This document shows positions 52,857 through 64,000 of a DNA stretch of 64,000 nucleotides, in pieces (within the stretch, counting starts at the first letter, position 1; each line of letters starts with the position of its first letter). The DNA comes from Octopus sinensis (lineage: Eukaryota). Location of the stretch: the NCBI RefSeq assembly GCF_006345805.1, contig NC_042997.1, forward strand, positions 104,470,001-104,534,000. The letters run 5' to 3'. The translations under genes and the position numbers were made by a program. The notes below the pieces were generated by a model. It was not told where the DNA came from, did no database searches, and worked only from the letters and a program-made list of their open reading frames with translations.

Positions 52857-53888
52857 ATATTTCGGAATGGTCATATTGCCAGTTTAGCCAATAAAAACAC
52901 ACGCACTATATATTTGGTGTTATTTTGCTTCAGTGATATTTATTTTTTACATTAATCTTAATCTTATTTCGGCCAAAGTTCTTTCGTCACACTCCTGTGA
53001 CCGCATCAGTGGTCCTTTGTTTTCTTCTCACTTACTTGTGTCTCTCCTTACTAACCGTCAGCCATTTTGCATTTCTATTGTATATCTTCATTTGCGCATG
53101 CTTATATATCTATGTGCGTCTATGTTTATTTAGTGTGTGTGTGTGGGGGGGGATGCCTGTAATATTTGTATCTTCTGGTTATATACATTCTTGTAATTTG
53201 TATTTTGTTTTTGTTGTTGTTGCTTTTGTTCTAATTTTGTTCATGTGTTTACATCCACCCATTATTATCATTACATATGCTTGTATGTATGTATAACAAC
53301 AATATTAGTAATAATAATAATAAATCTAATCGAAAAAAAAAAAAAGAGAATATACATATACATATATATATATATACATACATATACATATACATATATA
53401 TATATATATATACACACATATATACACATATACATATACATATATATACACATATACATATATATAGATATTCATTTCTATTTCTTTAATTACCTGTGTA
53501 TTTATTATGTTTGCAGGATCCACTATTGTCATATGTTGTGGTGTGCGCTATTGCTCCATTCTAGTTTTCTATTCAGGCTAGGTTTATTTTCTATTATATG
53601 TGTAGCTTCTGTAATTTGTCTAATTGTTGCATCTGTTCTATGTGTGGACAATATCTTAATCTCTATGTTATTGATTGATCCCCCGTGTTCTTGTTCGGCG
53701 TGTTGGTACAGAATCGATGAGCTTTTACCTTCCTTGAGTTGTCTCCAATCATTCTATCGGCCATTCTTGAAAGGGAGACAATTGGCGAATGACGTCGAAA
53801 TGGAAGCCCAGCGAATACATAGGGATATGTAAAGAAGAAAAATATATGTATATATATATACATATACATATATATATATATGATTAAA

Positions 53889-54103
53889 GGCGGTGAGCAG
53901 GCAGAAACGTTAGCACGCTGGACAAAATGCTTAGAGATATTTCGTCTATCTTTACGTTCTTGGTTCAAATTCCGCTGTGGTGGACGTTGCCTTTCATCCT
54001 CACGGGATCAATAAATTAAGTACCAGTTGCGTACTGGGGTCGATCTAATCGACTGGCCTTCTCCCACAAAATTTCGGGCCTTGTGTCTAGAGTAGAAAAG
54101 AAT
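53889..54103 (+). mobile_element. SINE family B
   Basis: ggcggtgagcaggcagaaacgttagcacgc head; ggttcaaattcc; gcctttcatcc...taagtaccagttgcgtactggggtcgat. Confidence 0.88.
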
Positions 54104-54229
54104 ATCTTCTCTGTTCTGCTTACATCGATTTGTTGATTTTATTAGATCTTTAACAGGTGTAGACAATATCTGATCCTGGCGTAATGATGGTATGGTCGTC
54201 AAGACAAACCTCTTTATGTATAATATTGC

Positions 54230-54350
54230 TGACTCTCTCAGGGACAATGTCATGCGAGTGAGCATATGTACAGCATAAACACTTGAACACAGAAAAAAAA
54301 TCATTTGTGCAGCTTGTTCAGAAAGAAATTTCAGAACCGTCTTTCTCGTT
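54230..54350 (+). mobile_element. Orphan degenerate SINE tail T5
   Basis: aatcatttgtgcagcttgttcagaaagaaatttcagaaccgtctttctcg matches 42190-42240. Confidence 0.55.
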
Positions 54351-55181
54351 CTATTATATGTGTATCAGAGTTGCATACAACCATACACCCATAAACCTAT
54401 AATTAATCTCTCTTTGCCTTACTCTATCACATTGTATCATTTTTTTCTTGGTTACTGTTACATCTATGCCGCTATTTCTTCAGCTTTTCTAGTACTGTAA
54501 GGATATCGGATCAATTTTTCTTCTTTACATATCCCTATGTATTCGCTGGGCTTCCATTTCGACGTCATTCGCCAATTGTCTCCCTTTCAAGAATGGCCGA
54601 TAGAATGATTGATTTCTGCGCATTTAAAATAACATACCAGCATTTTTTCGGTTTTTCGGATTCGAGGGACTTTGTAGGCAAAAGAATATGTTTTAAGAAT
54701 ACATCAATCGAAATACGTCATTGCTTCAATGACCAGTAATTGCGCATTTCACGCTAGAGGCAGAGAAGCTTCCAATTTTAGTAGTTCGTCTGTGAACATA
54801 CACATGCATATAGTTAAATAAATAGATAGATAAATTGGTATATATACATACACAAATAGATACATACATACGTACATGCATACAGGCATATATGTGTGTG
54901 TGTCTGTGTTCATGCATGCGCGCGTGTGTGTAGATAGATGGATGGATAGATAGACTGAGTGATTAATTGACAGATAGATATACATACACATATATGCATA
55001 TGTATAAACATGTATGCACACACGTATACACGCATAATATATATTCAAATAGTTAGGGAGAGCGATATTGAAATAGAATACATAACTGATAAGATATATA
55101 TATATTTATGTATGTATGTATGTATGTATGTATGCATGTATATATGTATATATATATACATATAAACATACAACTATACAT

Positions 55182-55265
<84 letters not shown>

Positions 55266-55798
55266 ACAGACAAGTAAACGTTAGTATGCATGTATGCTTA
55301 TATGTATATGTGTATAATGTATTCTTATATACTTTTGTAAACGTTTATATACACTCACACGTGGACGGACACATGCACAAACTTAAATGTTTATATGCAT
55401 ACATTTATATATGTATACTTATACACTTAACATGTACAGTCATATATATACATCCGTACATCCATCCATACATACATACATACATACAACCACACATATT
55501 TAGAAATAGACATATATATATTATATATCTGTTTTTCTGTGTGTATATATGTATTTATGTATTATTTATCTATTTATGTATTTATGTATTACGTATCAGG
55601 CTTTGCTAGAAATAAACAATCCTGCTGGACAGACCATAAGTTTCGAATAAGACCATGCACGTACTTGACTATGATTGAATGTCTTCCAAGAAGTAATCCA
55701 TTCACTAAGATATGTTCACTCAAGTCATGAAATCCTGTTACATATCTCCTCCATTCACAGTATAATAAAGTACCTATTTTTCTGAGCTATGATTTCAC

Positions 55799-55835
<37 letters not shown>

Positions 55836-55861
55836 GAAAAAAAAATATATATGTATGTATG

Positions 55862-55904
<43 letters not shown>

Positions 55905-56602
55905 ATGTGTGTGTATGCATGTATATACTTTTTGCTTTTTCTGAACTACTATCTATTCTTGTTCATCGCTTACAAGAAAGGTAAAAATAGATCGGCTGAA
56001 ACGATTGTTAGAAAGAGAAAATACGTATAATGTGTATATGTATAAAATCAGAAAGTAAGTGACCGCTTGCCTAAAGAAAAATATAAAAAGCAAAAGAAAG
56101 GTATAAAATGTGTGGACAGTATCTGGAATCACGATATGCGCTTCTAACTCAATACAGATATATTTAACTGCTTTCGGCTACATCCAGCCATTCATTCTTT
56201 CCTGAAAGGACTTCCCAAGTGTTTTTGCATAACTTACGTTGTTTTCTGTGATATGGAAACGCAAAAAAGTGTCAACGTTTCCATACTTATCTATCTATCT
56301 GTCTATCTATTCATACATCGATACACACACACGCACGCATGCACACATACACATACAAACACACACACACACATATGCATATATGTCTATGTATATATAT
56401 ATGTGTGTGTTTGTGTGTGTCTTCATACATGCATACATATGTGTGTGTGTATATATATATAAAGATATAAATATGTATACATTTATATGTGTATATACGT
56501 GTACATAGGTATACATATATATATATATATACATACACACACACACATATATATATATATATACATACATCCTTACACATCCACATCCACACGCACACAA
56601 AC

Positions 56603-56633
<31 letters not shown>

Positions 56634-56652
56634 CACACATACATATATAAAA

Positions 56653-56683
<31 letters not shown>

Positions 56684-57130
56684 CGTACATATATATTTAT
56701 ATGTGTGTGTAGTGTGTGTGTGAATACGTGTGCGTTTCTCTCTTTTACTTCCGCTGACCAATCTATAACGCAAAAAATTAGCAGACAAGCACAGACAACT
56801 TAAAAAGCATCATTCAGTGTAGCGTACGATGCTTCGTGAGCAATTGTATCTTGGTGCGACAATGCTATTTCTTATTTGGACATTGGTATTCTGTATCAGT
56901 CGATCGGAAACGGAAAGGGCGTGATGTATTCACAGGATCCCTGTGCAGTTTTTTTTTTAATGTTATTTTTATTCGTCTCGTGTAGTCATTGACCACATCG
57001 TCTTAAAGGAAGTTAAAGGAAGTTTTAACCGCTGCTTCATGGTGTGATGAACTCTTAGAAATAAGGGTCTAGGAAATGTAAAGATTGCTTTACGTAAGAA
57101 AACGTATGGTGAAACATACGTGCGCATACT

Positions 57131-57197
<67 letters not shown>

Positions 57198-57269
57198 TAT
57201 ATATATATATATTATATATATATATATATATATAATTACATGCATATATGAATATATTTTGAGATATAA

Positions 57270-57322
<53 letters not shown>

Positions 57323-57965
57323 CACACACACAAACACATATATTCATATATATACGTGTATGTATGTATGTATGTATGTATGTATCTATTTAAGCATGCA
57401 TATAAACGCAAAGTTCTGAAACGAGAAGCGAGCAGAAATTGGAGAAATAATCGGGGCGGAAAGGTAAAAGAAAAAGCATTAGCCATGTTCTGTGTATATT
57501 TTCGACGTTTTCAGAAGAATTTCGAATTAATCAATCCATTACCACATATAAATGAATAAACATTGCGATGTGATTCTACACTTACACGAACGTTGTTAAA
57601 AGGGATACGAGACCATGTAAAACTACTGCAGCCTTAGACCATGAAGACCCGAAGATGCAAAAACAACATCAAATATGAAAGTAAAATACTTGCGGGAACA
57701 AAGGAAATAAGATAAGGAGTTGAGGACACGATTTTGAATTTTAGATTTGTATGACTGAAAGACCATGCACAAACGAATAATTCAAAATAGTGATGAAGGA
57801 ATCAATAAATAGGTATTAGTTAACACATATTGATTAGATTTACTCCTGTTTACCCACTTGAAGTTAATACATACATACAGGCACACACACACAGATATAT
57901 ATATATATGTATGTATGTATATATAAGCATCATATATATGTATGTATATATATTTATATATATAT

Positions 57966-58240
57966 ATCACGTGATCACGTGACCGACCAGACCATCAAAT
58001 GTTGTTACACATCGCTGGTCACAATGCGTTCGCATTGTTTTAGCCTTCGCATTGTTTTAGCCTTCGAATGACACCACCCCGCTGGCTAAGCGAGCAGGCC
58101 AACAGAAGAAAGAGTGGTGAAAGAGTACAGCAGGGATCACCACGCCCTGCCGGAGCCTCTTGGAGTTTTTAGGTGTTTTCGCTCAATAAACACTCACAAC
58201 GCCCAATCTGGGAATCGAAACCGCGATCCTGCGCCTCCAC
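57966..58240 (-). mobile_element. tRNA-derived SINE (H2 with A-box deleted + tail T4)
   Basis: Minus strand gtggaggcgc|aggatcgcggtttcgattccc; tail gcattgtgaccagcgatgt...cacgtgat; internal 17-bp tandem duplication. Confidence 0.85.
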
Positions 58241-59185
58241 ACACACACAAACACACACACACACACGCACACAAACACACACACACACATATATGTATTT
58301 ATGTATGCATGTATGTATACAGATATGCATGTGTGTGCTTGTGTGTGTCTATGTATATGTATGCATATGCACGTATTTAGCAAAGCTTTTCTTCTAATTT
58401 TCATGAATTTATCCAAGTTCAGCCTGCAATATTGCATTCCGGTTTACATCATGCATTGGGAAGACTTCTATGAGTTTAGCGGGGAGACTAAGTGAACAAT
58501 AGTGGGAGTATGACAGGAAACAGTCAGCAATAATCTATAGCATGCCTGAAATCAACATGGCAGCATGCTGGACTGAATTCACATCGATATTTTGCCTAAA
58601 TACTCAAGAGACCAATGGCTTAGGCAAATACTCGAGAATGTTCTCATAAATGAGACCTTATCAATACTGAATAGAAAATATAGATAGTAGTTATAGATGG
58701 TCAACGCCATAGTGCCACCCGCGCAATATGCATACTGGGAGCACACGTGTGGTTAGGTGGGCATGTATGAGGTGGTATAGACAGGCATATAACGGGTGGG
58801 ATTAGAACAACAAAATACAGGTAAGCCCATCCAATGAAATATTTTTTAATATGTTCATTTCCAACATATATCCATAAATATACACGTTCGTGCATGCATG
58901 TAAGCATAGGTAGGTACAGACCTTGGGGTGACAGCAGGATACAGGGGAATTCATACAAATCAATACGTATAACTATGGGTAGTTTCTATACACGCCCATA
59001 TACATTCATGCGCGCGTGATTATTTCACCTTAACCCCTTATCCACGCAAACGCACAACTACTTAAACACATACAAGTATGCATATACGCAGGCATAAGAC
59101 AAAGTCGCAAGCAGACTCGGAATTGATCCGGGGGGGGGGGAGGAATTCACTGAGTAAATGAAAATGTTGCGAACAGTGACGAACA

Positions 59186-59400
59186 TTCGATTGAGTAATG
59201 TGGCGTTGAGTTCTTTAGCAAAACACTTCATCTCAGGTTGCTCTGCGAAATCTCTTCAACTTCTAATGTGAACATGTACAGGTAATGTCAATTTGATGGA
59301 GGGTGCGAGATAATATATAGCACAAACATTTGTGCTACAAACAAATCATCTACGTATGCTGTTCAACAAGATATTGCAGAAGCGTCTTTCCCGAACTAGA
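59186..59400 (+). mobile_element. Degenerate SINE (partial H1 core + T5)
   Basis: gcgttgagttctttagcaaaacacttcatctcaggttgctc core and gtaatgtcaatttgatggaggg tail. Confidence 0.6.
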
Positions 59401-59490
59401 AAGACACTATTAAGACACGTACATATCCATATATATAAAACTCTCTCTATATGTAAATGTGAGAATGCATGTATATGTATATGCATATAT

Positions 59491-59810
59491 GAGGGCGCGT
59501 GGCTTAGTGGTTAGAGCATTCGGCTCATGATCGTAAGGTTGTGAGTTCGATTCCCGCCGACGCGTTGTGTCCTTGAGCAAGACACTTTATTTCACGTTGC
59601 TCCAGTCCACTCAGCTGGCATAAATGAGTTGTACTTGTATTTCAAAGGGTCAGCCTTGTCACTCTCTGTGTCACGCTGATTATCCCCGAGAACTACGTTA
59701 AGGGTACACGTGTCTGTGGAATGCTCAGCCATTTGCACGTTAATTTCACGAGCAAGCTGTTCCGTTGATCGTATCAGCTGGGACCCTCGTCGTCGTAACC
59801 GGCGGAGTCT
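59491..59810 (+). mobile_element. tRNA-derived SINE (H1 + tail T3)
   Basis: gagggcgcgtggcttagtggttagagc, gagttcgattccc, tgtgtccttgagcaagacact; tail shared with 48308-48672. Confidence 0.92.
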
Positions 59811-59837
59811 TTATATGCATATACATGAATGTATGCA

Positions 59838-60305
<468 letters not shown>

Positions 60306-60323
60306 CGTGTATGTGTGTGTGTA

Positions 60324-60620
60324 TCTATTATATAAAATCCGTTCTGGCTGTGTATGTGTGTGTCTTCTAGGATCTCGGGCATCCTCCATCCGATTGCGCT
60401 CAAATTTGCTGTGTAGATACCGACGGTATCAGGGCATGTATAAGTCTTGAAAAATTACAAAAGTTGATTCCAGATGAGAATGCGATCAATAAAACCGTGG
60501 GAACGTGCATTTGTACGCGCAAGTACATCAGCTGTTGCGAGAAAAATGCACTGTGTCTCAAATTTAGGTTAAATCAGTGTTTCTCAAAGAGGAAGCCTAT
60601 GAGACGGTCGACAAGTTGTT
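60324..60620 (+). mobile_element. Possible non-autonomous Helitron-like 5' portion
   Basis: A|TCTATTATATAAAA start, short TG-rich tract, then ccatccgattgcgctcaaattt, typical of short Helitron-like repeats. No 3' hairpin/CTAG identified. Confidence 0.45.
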
Positions 60621-60678
60621 TCGAGAAAATTTGGTTTAAATGTTTGACAATGTGTGTGTGTGTGTGTGACTATTTATC

Positions 60679-60868
60679 GCACAGCACTGCTTGACAACAG
60701 ATGCTGGTGTGCTTATGTCCGCGTAACCTGGTGATGCAGCAAAACAGAGCGATAGAATAAGTACCAGGCTTAAACAATAAGTGCTGGGGTTGGTTAGATC
60801 GGATAAAATTCTTCAAGGCCTTGCCCTAGCATGGCCGAAGTGAAATTACTGAAACATGCACAAGAAGG
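60679..60868 (+). mobile_element. SINE family C tail, degenerate
   Basis: gcttgacaacagatgctggtgtg...gatagaataagtaccaggctt...agcatggcc. Confidence 0.75.
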
Positions 60869-61197
60869 ATATATGTCTATCTTTGTTTATGAAACATTAC
60901 ACATTACTTTCGTTTTCCCACTAGCATTAAAATCACATTTTCTCTTTTAGAACCTACAAAACGAACACCCTCGTATATTTTGATAAACACTGTCACTGGT
61001 GTCGTCTGAAATCCTGCACATTAACATGTAGTGTTTGTTTAAAATATAACCCTTACATCGATTCCTTGTATAACAAGAGATCCATTACTACTGAGTTTTC
61101 AAGGATGGTGGGTGTAGAGTATTTCACAGCTAACACTGGCGGCCATGTATTTATAAATACATGTTGTGTATGTGTATATATATATATATATATACAC

Positions 61198-61228
<31 letters not shown>

Positions 61229-61310
61229 TACATATACATATATATATAAATACACACAAACGCACACACTCACACACACACACGCACGCAAACATACACA
61301 CACATATACA

Positions 61311-61510
61311 TGAGGCAGTGCTAAAACGTTCCTGGCTTTGGGCAAAAGAAAATACAGATTTAAGAATCTGTAAATAATGTTTTTTTTTCAACATGTTCCC
61401 CTCTCAGATTCACACACTTATTGCAGCGGTCCTTCAGTTTCTCTAAGCTCTGTAAAATAACTCGAAAAGTTGTGCTCCAGCTAGACCTTAAACACAATTC
61501 CCTTAAAGCC
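61311..61510 (+). mobile_element. Mariner-like element left end
   Basis: tacatgaggcagtgctaaaacgttcctggcttt resembles TACGAGGG...CTGAAAAGTTCC mariner TIRs; ttattgcagcggtccttcag follows. Confidence 0.5.
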
Positions 61511-61731
61511 AAGAACATTTCAATACATTCTCGTACATAAGCACATACTCACACACATACACACATAAACACACTCACACACACACAAACACATATGTAT
61601 ATTATGAAAATGAGGCGAAGAGAGACACAGCCACCAAGAGCTAACAAGTAATAGAGTCAGTGGTTGGTCGATATATTGCATATATAAATGTATGAAATCG
61701 CGACGAGAATAACAAACTTAACATTTTCGTT

Positions 61732-61998
61732 GAGAAGCGCATGGCCCAGTGGTTAGGAAGTTGCACTCACGATCTCTAGATTGTGGATTCGGTTTCCAGA
61801 CTGGGCGGCGTGTTGTGTTCTTGAGTAAATTCATTTCGTGTTGCTCCTGTCCCCCGTTCCGATTAGAGGAGATTTGACCAGTTCACCTAGCCAGTGGCAT
61901 GGCAGCACTTCAAAGCTAAAACGACGAAGAAAGCGCATTGTGGCCAGCGATGTATGACAACATCTGGTAGCCTGTTTGGCCACGTGATTACGTGAGAT
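61732..61998 (+). mobile_element. tRNA-derived SINE (H1 + tail T4), degenerate
   Basis: gcgcatggcccagtggttagg head, tgttgtgttcttgagtaa core, gcgcattgtggccagcgatgt...cacgtgat tail. Confidence 0.8.
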
Positions 61999-62058
61999 CA
62001 TGTGGTGTGTGTGTATATCTATATCTATATCTATATCTCTCTCTCTCTATATATATAT

Positions 62059-62149
<91 letters not shown>

Positions 62150-62206
62150 ATATATATATGTAGCTGTCATATGCTTCTCTCTATCCATCTCTCTCTCTCC
62201 CTCTCA

Positions 62207-62257
<51 letters not shown>

Positions 62258-62318
62258 TTCTAGTATTGATCTGTCTATCTATTCATCCATTAATCTATGT
62301 TTTCACACACAGAGTAGA

Positions 62319-62382
62319 CATAAATGGGTCCATACATAAATGGGTATATACATAAATGGGTATATACATAAATGGGTATATA
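62319..62382. repeat. 16-bp minisatellite (CATAAATGGGTATATA) x4
   Basis: Units at 62319, 62335, 62351 and 62367. Confidence 0.9.
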
Positions 62383-63139
62383 CATATACATATTATTATA
62401 CATACACATGTATGCATACGTATGCACATACAGATCCACACTAAATACATACGCCTCACGCAAATATATATAAGCACGTGTCTATATGCGGTATGTATGT
62501 ATGTATAATGTATGTAAGTTTGTATGTATGTGTGTATGTATAAAGGTGTTTGTGTCTGAATGTATGAATGTATGAATGTATGTATGTACGGACGGACGGA
62601 CAGAGAGAAAGAAACACAGAGTTGTCAGCCAAAAAAAAAATTACAAATAAGAGAGGAGGGACTAATATGTATTATTAGATTGTTCGCTCAGTAAAAAAAA
62701 AAAAAAAATGAACAAACGAGAAGAAAAAAAAAGTAATACAGCAAAAAACAATAAAGAAAGCAAACGAAATATCTTGGCGTAACCGAAATAACACTAGTAA
62801 GTATCGAATTAATAAGAAACAAACAAATTTCAGAAAAAAATATCACCCTCGTCGTCGTTTTCCCATCAAGCATAATGTAAACATCTCTGGTGTGATATAC
62901 GAACCTCCGCCAGTCTGCTTCGTTTGACGACCGAGAAATGATGCTATCATTCAACTTACTGGTGAGAAATCAGTAAAAGTAAATAAAAATCTTCTAATTT
63001 TCTAACGACACACATAGAGTTTTTGTTCTACACACAGACACTGAGGTTTTGGGTGTGTATGCATGTTGGTACAAATTTATAGGCGGACATATATGGATAT
63101 GTATGTATATATACATCTATATATATGTATATATATATA

Positions 63140-63177
<38 letters not shown>

Positions 63178-63372
63178 TATATGTATATATATATATATAC
63201 ATATACATGGATATATATATATACATACATACACAGTTGTATATACATATTTTGTATCATATATATTTACTACAAATATATGTGCGCATACGTATAGCTA
63301 ATATATATGTTGCATCACTATCTTGCTATCAATCAATCAATCAATCAATCAATATATATTATATATATATAT

Positions 63373-63405
<33 letters not shown>

Positions 63406-63485
63406 ATATATATATATATATAAATAGACATATATATATGTATATATGTATATATATATATATGTATATATGTATATATGTATAA

Positions 63486-63524
<39 letters not shown>

Positions 63525-63724
63525 TGTATGCATGTCTGTCTCTATGTAAATATATCTATATCTGTATATCTATATACTTGTCCCGCCACCTCTCACATAT
63601 ACTACATAATTAAAAGTTATATATATATATAATATATATATATATTCATATATAATGTATGTATGCATACACACACACACACACACACATACATATATAT
63701 ATATATCCAGAAGACAACTTAATA

Positions 63725-63766
<42 letters not shown>

Positions 63767-64000
63767 TATATACATGTACATATATATGAGAGGTGGGGGT
63801 TTCTGGGTGTGTTACTTGTGCGATTGTTCTGCAATAATGTCTTTCCTTGTTATTTGCTGTGTGTAAGGGAGTGTACATATGCCTGTGTGTCTGTAGTGTA
63901 TATGCTTGTGTTAGTCTCTGCGTGTGAGTATGTATGTAAGTGGTTGTATGTGATGTTTTTTTTTTACATATATTAGAATTTCTGTATTGCTCTGTTGCTC

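Larger units (their letters stand above)
53746..54611. repeat. Perfect 98-bp inverted repeat pair (53746-53843 / 54514-54611)
   Basis: Base-by-base comparison gives 98/98 identity in reverse complement; 670-bp spacer. Confidence 0.95.

Noticed and set aside
58780-58826. Strong donor CAG|GTAAGC
   Set aside because: All three frames have stops shortly upstream and there is no acceptor; unsupported.
59129-59140. Run of G residues as a G-quadruplex candidate
   Set aside because: An isolated homopolymer with no other supporting context.

Overview
AT-rich eukaryotic genomic DNA that is extremely dense in microsatellites and looks intronic or intergenic. The interspersed-repeat families look like Octopus (cephalopod); that assignment comes from my recognition of the families, not from a search. 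I found no host protein-coding exon I can support. Most ORF-track entries are translations of (TA)n, (CA)n, (TATG)n, (GATA)n or (TAT)n. The real coding content is all decayed mobile DNA: a 5'-truncated Penelope-like RT/GIY-YIG element plus a second Penelope RT fragment, Tx1/L1-like pieces (two young copies sitting in (TATC)n tracts), three R4/Dong-like restriction-like-endonuclease fragments, an RTE 3' end, several Tc1/mariner elements and about 25 tRNA-derived SINE copies or fragments. The most interesting signals are: (i) a set of Penelope-type hammerhead ribozyme motifs, including one with an 85-nt structured stem II and a 130-bp palindrome carrying a hammerhead on each strand; (ii) an apparently (TATC)n-targeting Tx1-like retrotransposon; (iii) a perfect 98-bp inverted repeat of otherwise unique sequence; (iv) combinatorial head/tail swapping among SINEs and a 4x49-bp array of SINE A-boxes; and (v) a Tx1-Penelope-Tx1 mosaic. 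Caveat: frequent single-base irregularities suggest residual long-read indel errors, so individual frameshifts may be artefacts. Coordinates of degenerate repeats are approximate.
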